A DNA stretch of 64,000 nucleotides, taken from assembly GCA_903864915.1 (NCBI GenBank), contig CAIPHS010000005.1:3968-67967 (forward strand). The letters are read 5' to 3'. The position numbers were made by a program, and so were the translations under genes. Shown here in pieces: positions 1 to 8,028 of this stretch. The DNA is from an uncultured Candidatus Woesearchaeota archaeon. GTDB taxonomy: Archaea; Nanobdellota; Nanobdellia; UBA10117. Positions within the stretch are counted from its first letter, which is position 1. Each line of letters begins with the position of its first letter. A model generated the notes under the pieces. The model saw only the letters and a list, made by a program, of their open reading frames with translations. It did not search any database and was not told the origin of the DNA.

Positions 1-109
1 GAGACTGCTTGCTAAGACTTCGTGGACCGTCCCAATTAGGATCATTTGCTATGTACTTATCCTGTGCAGCCCGCAATTCATCCATTATCTTTTTTGGTAC
101 AGGTTTCAT
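1..109 (-). CDS. hypothetical protein, 5' part only (runs off window start)
   Basis: ATG at 109 preceded by AGGAGG; open to the window edge (MKPVPKKIMDELRAAQDKY...). Confidence 0.6.
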   Translation of the reverse strand, partial: MKPVPKKIMDELRAAQDKYIANDPNWDGPRSLSKQS

Positions 110-118
110 TTTTTCCTC

Positions 119-790
119 CTAAGATTTCTTATAATTTACTTTTATGTCACCTGCGGTGGCCTTCAATATCAACTTACCTTTTGGTTTTGCATCCATTGGA
201 ACATAAGAATTGCCGATGCAGTGCATATTTTGAATTATTACATCGCCGCAAACAGTTGAAGCGATTACTTCTAAAGGCTTATACAATTCCACAACAATAT
301 CGCCAGAAGTGGTTTCGATATGTCCAGAGCTACCTATGGCACCGGTGACATCGCCGCTAACCGCAACAAAATCTATCAGTGTCTTAGGTGATACGCCTAG
401 ATCTCCTTTCAACTGGCTAAGTCTTAGTTGCTTGCCCTCCAAACGTCTTTCCAAGACGTCGCCGCACACCTGAATCCCATTATTGTATTTTCGAACTTGT
501 ATATCTTCACTTAGATTTTTTACATACACCGAACTCGCTTGGCGCGGTGTATAAGTTTCATTGAGAACTTCAGGCACTTTGTCAGCCACGTGGCCCTTTA
601 CGACTTTGCCGTCTATGATTACGATATTGCCTTCACCATTACCCGATATCTGAGAATTACGAATAACTGATTCAAACGGTTCTGATCTGTCTATTTGTAT
701 TTCTTCATTGCCATCTTTGATTGTTAGGATGTTACCATCTATGGTTATTTCCTCATCACCATCTTTTATGTGTAATTTTTTGAATTTCAT
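119..790 (-). CDS. DUF4097-like beta-strand repeat protein
   Basis: Repeated (T/S)xSGD(I/V) motifs (AVSGDV, TTSGDI, TVCGDV, ATAGDI); GGAG upstream. Confidence 0.6.
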   Translation of the reverse strand: MKFKKLHIKDGDEEITIDGNILTIKDGNEEIQIDRSEPFESVIRNSQISGNGEGNIVIIDGKVVKGHVADKVPEVLNETYTPRQASSVYVKNLSEDIQVRKYNNGIQVCGDVLERRLEGKQLRLSQLKGDLGVSPKTLIDFVAVSGDVTGAIGSSGHIETTSGDIVVELYKPLEVIASTVCGDVIIQNMHCIGNSYVPMDAKPKGKLILKATAGDIKVNYKKS

Positions 791-791
791 T

Positions 792-944
792 TTATTCTCC
801 CAGTGCTGGCAGGGCCTTGTCTAGGGCCTGCGACAGCATCTTTTTAGCATCCATTCCTGAGATAGCCACTCCAATAAGGTCTATAGCAAAGGCCACCATT
901 GTCAACATCGGTGTCGAAACTAACATATTCTTTAAGTTCATCAT
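792..944 (-). CDS. small putative membrane protein (50 aa, not in ORF track)
   Basis: GAGGTG before ATG; MMNLKNMLVSTPMLTMVAFAIDLIGVAISG...; stop lies just before the next ATG. Confidence 0.5.
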   Translation of the reverse strand: MMNLKNMLVSTPMLTMVAFAIDLIGVAISGMDAKKMLSQALDKALPALGE

Positions 945-1045
945 CTTTGCACCTCTTTTTGATACCATATAGACAATTTGAGGGTATATAAGCTTTACTA
1001 TATAGCAGTCATATACTCTTTATAAAGACCTTGTTTAAAAGCCTC

Positions 1046-1501
1046 TTAAGCGATATCGTATGGCTTGGAAACCCCTTCTTTCTTTAACATAGCATTAACT
1101 TCTGCGCCAAGCCTTTGAACAGTATTGTAATCGTCATAGACACGAAGGAAATAACCTAACTTGTCCTTTTTGCTTAAGTCCGTACGGGCAAGTTGGTTAA
1201 GGCATTCCTGGGCATCCCAATACTTGAAATGCAACTCGTTAGCGATATCTGGCCTTGCATCCTTTATGCCGCTACAAACTGCGTCTATCGCATCTGGCAT
1301 TGGGAAGTTAGAATATTCATTTAATATCATCACCCGCATAAGGCCTTCAAAGGAGAATTTTATTTTGGGATCATTACTCAGCAAGTTTTCAAGGTGTATT
1401 TTATGCTGCCGGAAAATCTTCCCGACTTCTTTTGCTTCGGGAGCTTTTATGCTGGTGATGTATTTCTTGATCAGGCCATCAGCCGTAGTTTTCAGTTTCA
1501 T
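1046..1501 (-). CDS. hypothetical protein
   Basis: 151-aa ORF with normal composition; no motif recognised. Confidence 0.6.
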   Translation of the reverse strand: MKLKTTADGLIKKYITSIKAPEAKEVGKIFRQHKIHLENLLSNDPKIKFSFEGLMRVMILNEYSNFPMPDAIDAVCSGIKDARPDIANELHFKYWDAQECLNQLARTDLSKKDKLGYFLRVYDDYNTVQRLGAEVNAMLKKEGVSKPYDIA

Positions 1502-1562
1502 TTCACTATTTCCGCAAGAGAAGCTTTAGAAAGGTTTTGTACGCCGGAACGCAATAACTAAT

Positions 1563-1796
1563 TTACATACCTAGGAACTTTAGCGCACCGTATACCAGAT
1601 AAGCTGGCCAGACAAGGGATTTCAGGAATCCCGCAAACCCCATCCAGAGGCTTGTTGCAGTGGAAAGGTAATAGACTAGCGAACCAAGAAACCCAAGGCC
1701 GTAAAAAGCACCACCAGATTTGTGAACGTGCCAGCACATGAACTTATTTTTCATATTCCAACAAGCAATTTCTTTAGATTTTCGTTTTGGGGCCAT
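1563..1796 (-). CDS. small membrane protein
   Basis: Two hydrophobic segments (GAFYGLGFLGSLVYY; LKSLVWPAYLVY). Confidence 0.65.
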   Translation of the reverse strand: MAPKRKSKEIACWNMKNKFMCWHVHKSGGAFYGLGFLGSLVYYLSTATSLWMGFAGFLKSLVWPAYLVYGALKFLGM

Positions 1797-1837
1797 GATA
1801 GAATAAACAAGTTGTTTCTTTTAAGCTTTGTTTAAAA

Positions 1838-1947
1838 TGCCCCCGATGAGATTTGAACTCACGACCTCTCCCTTATTGTCGCAGACAATCCCACAAAGGG
1901 ACTTTCGTGCGTACCAAGGAAGCGCTCTGCCGCTGAGCTACGGAGGC
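1838..1947 (-). tRNA. tRNA-Thr(GGT) with 38-nt intron (1874-1911)
   Basis: Cloverleaf GCCTCCG/CGGGGGC, anticodon stem CTTCC/GGGAG, TTCAAAT T-loop, insertion at 37/38. Confidence 0.92.
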
Positions 1948-3243
1948 TTAGCTAACTGTGTAAGCTTTTGTAACGATATTAAAAACCCTTTCTAAATCCT
2001 TTCCTTCCACTAAAGAGCGCAATTCCATCCTTGCAGACGCCTTTGCAAGCCTTGTTATGCCGATGACAGTCCTTGGCGTGACTTCAAACAGCAATTCAGA
2101 TTCCCTGCTTTTCAGATTTGTGGCAAACTCTGTTATCTTGTCTGCCATCTCGTGCGGAATTTCCGCATCTAACGTTGATGCAAATTTCAAATACCTGCGC
2201 AGGAACAAGACATCATTCAGCTTTACTTTTACCTTGTCATCTGAAACAATCTTCTCTGCAATCTGTGCGAATTCTGTCAGGGTAGCTTTCTTGACGATGA
2301 AAGTCAGGTGAAATCTTGTCAGCAATGCAGAGTCAAAAGGCATCTGCTCTTTCAGTCCCGCCAAATCATAAGTCTTGAACGAATCGCCCTGCGGATTCGC
2401 TGTTGACAGGACTTTGATTAAAGCTTCAAATCTGTAGTGATGGCCCCCTTTATCGTAGGTTATGAATCCTTTCTCCATCGCGTTATACATGGCTGCGTAA
2501 TCTTCCTTCTTCATCAGGTTTAATTCGTCAATGCAGCACAGGCCTTTGTGCGCTTTTGGCAATAATCCTGGCAAGACTTTTTTGCCTTGCACTGTTACAG
2601 CCAGGCCTGCGCCAGAAGTTCCTGAGCCAAGGCCGAACGCAGATATTGGAGAAAGTTCCGCGGCAGACCTTAGAATGTCTGTCTTGCCCGTGCCGGGGTC
2701 CCCTAACAATAATATGTGTGCTGGCTCAGTACAGAATAATTGCAGGGCAGCTGCTTCCTTTGCGTGCTGCAACCCAATGATATTCGGGGCTATGAATTGC
2801 GGCACTGTTAGCCATGCCCTCTCGGCAAATTCCCTAAATCGCATCTCGAAAAATTTGCCTTTTATTTTTTTGTCAAGCTCTTCAACCCATAACTGCTGCT
2901 TTACTTCAACATCCATATCTGGGTTGAATTTCCTTTTTTCAGGCATCACAAAAAATAATCTTGGGAAAATATCCTTTCCAGAAATCAGGAATGACCATCC
3001 ATATCTCATCAATTTGACTTGTGCCTTTCCCTGTTTCAGCAAGGGCATAAGTTTTGCTTTTTCCTCAGGTTTGATGTATTCTTCCAGCATGGCCAGCTTG
3101 CGCTGCTCCTTCCTGTCGAGCGGCCTTGTCAGCAGTACGGAATCACGGAATAATTTTGCAGTCTTTCTTGAAAGCCATTTTGTTCCCGCCCATGCTTTCT
3201 TACCAAGTTCGGATTTCTTTTTTTCAGGCTTGTGATTATTCAT
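1948..3243 (-). CDS. MCM-family AAA+ ATPase lacking the canonical N-terminal domain
   Basis: IAPNIIG, Walker A GDPGTGKT, SGAGL, Walker B CIDE, TANP, ALLTRF Arg finger, TPR sensor 2; only 431 aa. Confidence 0.85.
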   Translation of the reverse strand: MNNHKPEKKKSELGKKAWAGTKWLSRKTAKLFRDSVLLTRPLDRKEQRKLAMLEEYIKPEEKAKLMPLLKQGKAQVKLMRYGWSFLISGKDIFPRLFFVMPEKRKFNPDMDVEVKQQLWVEELDKKIKGKFFEMRFREFAERAWLTVPQFIAPNIIGLQHAKEAAALQLFCTEPAHILLLGDPGTGKTDILRSAAELSPISAFGLGSGTSGAGLAVTVQGKKVLPGLLPKAHKGLCCIDELNLMKKEDYAAMYNAMEKGFITYDKGGHHYRFEALIKVLSTANPQGDSFKTYDLAGLKEQMPFDSALLTRFHLTFIVKKATLTEFAQIAEKIVSDDKVKVKLNDVLFLRRYLKFASTLDAEIPHEMADKITEFATNLKSRESELLFEVTPRTVIGITRLAKASARMELRSLVEGKDLERVFNIVTKAYTVS

Positions 3244-3315
3244 GCAATTTTGTTACTAATAATAATTAAAACTCTTTGCAGTCTCGAGTAAATGGAATGG
3301 CGAGGGCTGAACGCA

Positions 3316-4863
3316 CTACTGAATTGGAATAGGCCTTAGAAGCCAAATAAGAATTGCGGTTAAAACCAACACAGATGCTATTATCACTAAAGATTTTCTT
3401 CGATTATATTGAGACAAAAACCAAGAATTGTATAACGCAAATAGAAAGGTAAAGATAAGGAATGGGATTATTGTAACCAAAAACCAAAAACCCATACCAA
3501 AGTCAGGGAACAATATAATAATCGGCGCGATTAGGCCAAGAAGAATTATATTCCTGCAAAATTTGCTATCTCTATTAAAGGCGATACCTAAAAGGAATGC
3601 GGAAAGCAACGGCAAAAATAATATCGGGCTTGTGGACAGCAGCATATTTTCTAAGGAGTTTATAGCACCCAATTGACCTGGAAATATAGATGGCAGGGCC
3701 ACACCTGGGAACATTTCAAATGAAAGAGTTGTTACAAGAACTAATAGGGGTATCAAATACCACATTTTAGAAATATTTTTTGTTTTATCTTTCAATTCAT
3801 CGCTATGAGCTTTGATGAGAAGAATTATGCCGGAAAACAACAAAATGGTTGGAAGGTACACGTTAAAAAACGATATCCAGAACGGCTCAGGTACCATCCC
3901 AATAGTCCCTGGCGAATTATAGACATGTGCAAAGATAATGTCCCATCCCCAGGCCTCAAATGTGAAATATAAGAAAAAGGCTGACATGAAAAGTAAAATT
4001 GCGGCTGTATCAGTTAATCGCAATTTTTTGAATCGAGAAATTGCCAGTATAATCAATACCATTATTATGAATGGGATAAAAAATATTGCAAGTCCTGGAG
4101 GTTGTGGCGACCCGGGCGGTTCAGAGCATGGTGTGTAAGAAAGGACATTCCCATTCGTTGCATCTATATCAACAAAACAATAGTAGGATGATACGACCCA
4201 GACTGCTTTTCCAGGAGAATTCCCATACCCTCCAAAGTTCAAAGAGACAGATATCCAATCCTTTGTGCCATTTCTGAACGTGTATTTCTGTAATCCTTGC
4301 GATTCTGCTATACTCATCGCTTCTGAACGGTTTATCACGATAGGTGTCTGATTAAGCCACATACTTATTCTTGTGATTTGACCGGTACAACCGTCAAATA
4401 CTATGCCTTGAGCATCAAAGACCTCTCCAAAATCAGCAGTATAATTGAAATCTACAAAGACGCTGTTCCTGTTTATTGAGGATATGGAAATGCCGCTCAG
4501 GTTGTAGTGATTTTTGAAGAATTTTTCACCCACAACTGTTATCGCATACTGCTCGGCTTTTGATTCGAAATAACTATTGGAAAGATTAGTGGCGACCCTT
4601 ACGTTTCCCTCGCATTCCAGGCCGCGCCCATAGTCCTTACAATCTGAAACGCATGTGCAGTAAGGTCCTAAACTAACGAACCGCTGGCTGCACATTGATT
4701 GGCAATCTGCTGATGTCTTACATGGAACAGGTGCGGGTAATACTGCATGAGACAAAGTCGGTGAGACAACAATAAAGAGTATTCCAAGTAGTAAAAGAGC
4801 TAACCAATACCTCTGGGCCATACCAAAACTAAGTAAATAGTTTCTTTTAAGCATTACTTCCAA
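3316..4863 (-). CDS. multi-pass membrane protein with Cys-rich extracellular N-terminal domain
   Basis: Signal-like N-terminus, Cys cluster, PepSY-like VDIDATNGNVL, about 7 hydrophobic segments. Confidence 0.7.
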   Translation of the reverse strand: MEVMLKRNYLLSFGMAQRYWLALLLLGILFIVVSPTLSHAVLPAPVPCKTSADCQSMCSQRFVSLGPYCTCVSDCKDYGRGLECEGNVRVATNLSNSYFESKAEQYAITVVGEKFFKNHYNLSGISISSINRNSVFVDFNYTADFGEVFDAQGIVFDGCTGQITRISMWLNQTPIVINRSEAMSIAESQGLQKYTFRNGTKDWISVSLNFGGYGNSPGKAVWVVSSYYCFVDIDATNGNVLSYTPCSEPPGSPQPPGLAIFFIPFIIMVLIILAISRFKKLRLTDTAAILLFMSAFFLYFTFEAWGWDIIFAHVYNSPGTIGMVPEPFWISFFNVYLPTILLFSGIILLIKAHSDELKDKTKNISKMWYLIPLLVLVTTLSFEMFPGVALPSIFPGQLGAINSLENMLLSTSPILFLPLLSAFLLGIAFNRDSKFCRNIILLGLIAPIIILFPDFGMGFWFLVTIIPFLIFTFLFALYNSWFLSQYNRRKSLVIIASVLVLTAILIWLLRPIPIQ

Positions 4864-4877
4864 GTTCTATTGAAAAA

Positions 4878-4985
4878 TGGCGAGGGCCGGATTTGAACCG
4901 GCGACATCCGCCTGTCTCAGACAACTGCCTAACGGCAGTGCCGCGTTTATGAGAGCGGCGTTCAACCAGGCTAAACTACCTCGCC
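4878..4985 (-). tRNA. tRNA-Met(CAT), probably elongator, with 34-nt intron (4914-4947)
   Basis: GGCGAGG/CCTCGCC acceptor; CTCATA loop; perfect BHB central helix CTCA/TGAG. Confidence 0.9.
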
Positions 4986-4987
4986 AA

Positions 4988-5059
4988 TGGACCGGCCGGG
5001 AATCGAACCCGGAGCCTTACGCATGCCATGCGTACGTCATGCCGTTAGACCACCGGCCC
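4988..5059 (-). tRNA. tRNA-Ala(GGC)
   Basis: G3:U70 pair, TACGC/GCGTA stem, TTCGATT T-loop; 2 nt upstream of tRNA-Met. Confidence 0.93.
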
Positions 5060-5108
5060 ATAATGATTAAAGAAAAAAGTTCTTTTAAAAACATGTCGCA
5101 GTTCGCGA

Positions 5109-5363
5109 CTACTTCTTTTTGTATTCCGGGACTGCCTCAGGCCTGAAACGCGTCTTCCTTACCTCGTCTTCCAGCCTTACCAGCCTTTCAACAAGCTCAT
5201 CTGTCTTCTTTGCCAAATCTGCCTGCAGCTCAAGTGTTTTTGTGACCCAGTTCGCAACTTCTCCAGGGGTCGTCCCTGCATTCCTGTTCGTTTTTATTGT
5301 CTTGTAAACTTCATCTTTCAAGCTCTTTGACTCATCAGCAATTTCATGCAAATCTTTTACCAT
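5109..5363 (-). CDS. small coiled-coil hypothetical protein
   Basis: GAGG upstream; heptad-rich 84 aa. Confidence 0.65.
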   Translation of the reverse strand: MVKDLHEIADESKSLKDEVYKTIKTNRNAGTTPGEVANWVTKTLELQADLAKKTDELVERLVRLEDEVRKTRFRPEAVPEYKKK

Positions 5364-5406
5364 AGTGGCCTCATGATAAAATAAGAACTCTGCTATTTTA
5401 AGGTTT

Positions 5407-6117
5407 CTATACCTTGATTTTTCCGCTTTTCAAATCATCAGAGAACCGCGCATGCTCTTCCTTCGTGTTAACAGGATACCATTTGTCAACGAAGAATGCA
5501 TTGATCTGGCCTTGTTTAGCTAAATCTGGATATATGGTATATTCCGGCTGTGATGGTATAACTGCCTTCTCGAACAATTTCAGGTTTTTGAAAACAGACA
5601 TTCCTGTATTTATGCCCTGGTTTGCCGAAACTGAAAAGCTGGCCTTTTCTGTAAAGCCAGTTATTTTATTTCCGGCAACTTCTGCAACACCGAACGGGTT
5701 GACAAAAGACCTCGACAGGACAACAGTTGCTGTGCAACCGGATTTTTCATGGCTCGCAACCAGCTGCCTGACATCAATTGGAATTATGTCGTCGCAGTGC
5801 GTTATGATTATCGGCTTGTTGGGGTCCAGAACGCCCTGTTCTATTCCCAACCTTATCGCGCCTGCTCTGCCAGATAATTCTTTCTCCTGAATGAACTTAA
5901 CATCAATGTTTTGCTTCTTGAAAAATTCATACATCATCTCTGCCTTGTAAGAAGCAGACATTACAAATTTGTTGAAACCCTGTTTGAGAAAAGGCGACAT
6001 CGCATAAAGAATTAGCTGCTTTCCAGCTACTTCAACCAAGGCTTTTGGCAAGTCTTTCGCCAGCGATTGAAGGCGCGTGCCAGCACCACCAGCATGAATT
6101 ATAATTTGGTATTCCAT
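5407..6117 (-). CDS. sugar-phosphate nucleotidyltransferase family protein
   Basis: AGGAGTRL...PKAL motif, EK and NTG motifs; start moved to MEYQII because the longer ORF overlaps the tRNA. Confidence 0.85.
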   Translation of the reverse strand: MEYQIIIHAGGAGTRLQSLAKDLPKALVEVAGKQLILYAMSPFLKQGFNKFVMSASYKAEMMYEFFKKQNIDVKFIQEKELSGRAGAIRLGIEQGVLDPNKPIIITHCDDIIPIDVRQLVASHEKSGCTATVVLSRSFVNPFGVAEVAGNKITGFTEKASFSVSANQGINTGMSVFKNLKLFEKAVIPSQPEYTIYPDLAKQGQINAFFVDKWYPVNTKEEHARFSDDLKSGKIKV

Positions 6118-6125
6118 ATATGGAG

Positions 6126-6237
6126 CGGGCCCGAAGGGATTTGAACCCTCGACGTCCAACTTACTGACGCAGTCAGTTCCGCAAAGGAACTTTTGCGATA
6201 AGAGGTTGGCGCTCTAACCGGACTGAGCTACGGACCC
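6126..6237 (-). tRNA. tRNA-Lys(CTT) with 37-nt intron (6162-6198)
   Basis: GGGTCCG/CGGGCCC acceptor, CCAAC/GTTGG anticodon stem, G discriminator. Confidence 0.92.
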
Positions 6238-6341
6238 ATGCAATGCGCCATTGCATAACAGCGCATATTTAGACTGTTTTTAGGCTATTTAAAAAGGTAA
6301 TCTTTATATAAAAAAAAGCATAGTCCTACAAGGAGGCCACA

Positions 6342-6614
6342 ATGTTATCACAAATACCGCAAGATTTTAGCAAGGTAAAGAAAGAAGACTTGGAAAAGGA
6401 AATTCTCAGGGTTGGCATGATTGCCGAGCTTGATGCAGTTTCCCTATATGAGCAGATGGCTGCAATTACAAAAGATGCAAAAATCAGGGAAATTCTTCTG
6501 GATATCGCCAAGGAAGAGAAAACGCATATGGGTGAATTCCAGGCATTGTTGTTGAGGCATGACAAGCAGCAGGAAAAGGAATTGCAAGCTGGCAAGAAGG
6601 AAGTAAATAACTAA
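6342..6614 (+). CDS. ferritin-like/rubrerythrin-family small protein
   Basis: AELDAVSLYEQ...EEKTHMGEF di-iron motifs; AGGAGG RBS and TTTATATA box upstream. Confidence 0.85.
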   Translation: MLSQIPQDFSKVKKEDLEKEILRVGMIAELDAVSLYEQMAAITKDAKIREILLDIAKEEKTHMGEFQALLLRHDKQQEKELQAGKKEVNN

Positions 6615-6627
6615 AAATAAAACCTGC

Positions 6628-6702
6628 TTATGCAAACATTGCCAGAGCTAGCAAGCCAATCATAATTACAAAGATTGTTATCGTATCCAGATCCGATGCC
6701 AT
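6628..6702 (-). CDS. putative 24-aa single-TM microprotein (not in ORF track)
   Basis: MASDLDTITIFVIMIGLLALAMFA; GAGG RBS overlapping the upstream stop. Confidence 0.45.
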   Translation of the reverse strand: MASDLDTITIFVIMIGLLALAMFA

Positions 6703-6709
6703 TTTGCCT

Positions 6710-6862
6710 CTACATCAACTGCGTCGCAATCAGGAATCCGATTATAAAGCCGACAAGCAATCCCTGTAGGAATTCTTTCAGGCCGTATTCGATTTCTACT
6801 TCCCTTTCTGTAGCGACTTCGCGTCGGATATTTCTCAATAAGCTTTGAGTTCGTTTAGCCAT
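6710..6862 (-). CDS. 50-aa tail-anchored membrane protein (not in ORF track)
   Basis: MAKRTQSLLRNIRREVATEREVEIEYGLKEFLQGLLVGFIIGFLIATQLM; AGGAGG upstream. Confidence 0.65.
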   Translation of the reverse strand: MAKRTQSLLRNIRREVATEREVEIEYGLKEFLQGLLVGFIIGFLIATQLM

Positions 6863-6867
6863 GAGTT

Positions 6868-7143
6868 TTAGCTCCTCCTGACGTGCACATAGTGCGCAGG
6901 ATGATTTTTTCCTGGCAAAGCTTCTGCTAATTCAATTCTGCCAAGAGTCATGAGAACTGCACCGAGTCCGTAGAAAAGCGGCATCATCATCATTTCCTTG
7001 CCCGCCAGCAACGGAACATTTGCCAGCAGCAATCTGTTTGCCGCCAAGAGCGTCCCGTACAGGCCGAAGCCCAACCAGGTCGCACCCATGAAAATCAGGA
7101 CTAGACCTACAAATTCATGTTGTTTCAGATTAGTTTTAACCAT
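6868..7143 (-). CDS. small 2-TM membrane protein
   Basis: Two hydrophobic helices. Confidence 0.65.
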   Translation of the reverse strand: MVKTNLKQHEFVGLVLIFMGATWLGFGLYGTLLAANRLLLANVPLLAGKEMMMMPLFYGLGAVLMTLGRIELAEALPGKNHPAHYVHVRRS

Positions 7144-7195
7144 AACCCTTCTTAGAAATGTGAGTTTAAATAATTCGTTAATTAGGCTTGAGTGA

Positions 7196-7777
7196 CTACA
7201 CTTTTGCCAGCTCTAAAACCGCCTTCAGGGCACTCGGCAACTCAAAACATTTGTCCATATCACCTGTAAAATGCCCTTTAGTTTCAACGATTATCTTTCT
7301 GCAAAATTTAGCATACCTTTTCTTGTTCTCTTCAAAAGGAACATGAGGGTCATTATCTGAAAAAATTGCTATCATATTTTTTGTCTTCTGTAAAATTTTT
7401 TTGAAATCAATGGGTTTTTCAACCCATGACTTTGCAATTGCTATCGACGCTTCGTCAGGAGTGGCTTCTGGCGTTAATGTAAACCAGCCCGCTACAAACA
7501 AAACCCCCCCAATTTTCGCATCTTCAGGCAGACTTTCAAGATAGTGAAGAATTGTCAAACAGCCAATGCTATGGCCAACAAGATATGTGTTTTCATCAGG
7601 TTTTCCTATTAAATTCTTTAATGCATTTAGCCAACTTTTAACTTCTGGAGCATCAGGATTTGGCATAGCAAGCACATAAGCTTCAAAACCTTTTTTTTCT
7701 AGTTCTTTTTTTAGCCACAGGTACCAGCCATGTTCAGGTCTTCCTTCCCATCCATGGATTATAAAAACTCTTTTCAT
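7196..7777 (-). CDS. RBBP9/YdeN-family alpha/beta hydrolase
   Basis: IIHGW, GHSIG nucleophile elbow, SDNDP, GHF. Confidence 0.9.
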   Translation of the reverse strand: MKRVFIIHGWEGRPEHGWYLWLKKELEKKGFEAYVLAMPNPDAPEVKSWLNALKNLIGKPDENTYLVGHSIGCLTILHYLESLPEDAKIGGVLFVAGWFTLTPEATPDEASIAIAKSWVEKPIDFKKILQKTKNMIAIFSDNDPHVPFEENKKRYAKFCRKIIVETKGHFTGDMDKCFELPSALKAVLELAKV

Positions 7778-7838
7778 TTTTTCACAATGGGGCAGCGCTC
7801 AAATGCCTTGCATTTGGCTGGTCCCATTTCTGCTGAAA

Positions 7839-7912
7839 TGGGGCTGCCAGGATTTGAACCTGGATCGTCGGTGCCCAAGACCGAAGTCCTAACCAAGTTA
7901 GACTACAGCCCC
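7839..7912 (-). tRNA. tRNA-Pro(TGG)
   Basis: GGGGCTG/CAGCCCC, TCGGT/ACCGA, G37. Confidence 0.93.
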
Positions 7913-7983
7913 ATAAAAAGAAAAGAAAAATGGGGGTTTTTAAGGATGTCTGGCCCCCTTACTTCTTCTTGTAAGCTTTCTAC

Positions 7984-8020
7984 GCGCTGGTAGTTTAGTG
8001 GCAGGACTTACGCTTGGCAA
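7984..8020 (+). pseudogene. orphan tRNA 5' half (GGC anticodon, Gly-like acceptor)
   Basis: GCGCTGG-TA-GTTT-AGTGGCA-GGAC-T-TACGC-TT-GGC-AA, then no 3' anticodon strand, T-arm or acceptor 3' strand. Confidence 0.65.
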
Positions 8021-8028
8021 TTCAAGCA

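Noticed and set aside
2531..3235. Long antisense ORFs (2531-3235, 12052-12732, 31989-32591 and others)
   Set aside because: Shadows of well-supported genes on the opposite strand; Ser/Phe-rich and without motifs.
4878..4985. Initiator Met or Ile2 identity for the CAT tRNA
   Set aside because: It lacks the A1-U72 pair and three consecutive G-C anticodon-stem pairs of initiators. Ile2 is not fully excluded, but elongator Met fits best.
4877..5146. ORFs overlapping tRNAs (4877-5146, 7730-7993, 43440-43769, 59499-59696, and the 5' extension of 5407-6159)
   Set aside because: They are translations of tRNA genes or their antisense strands.
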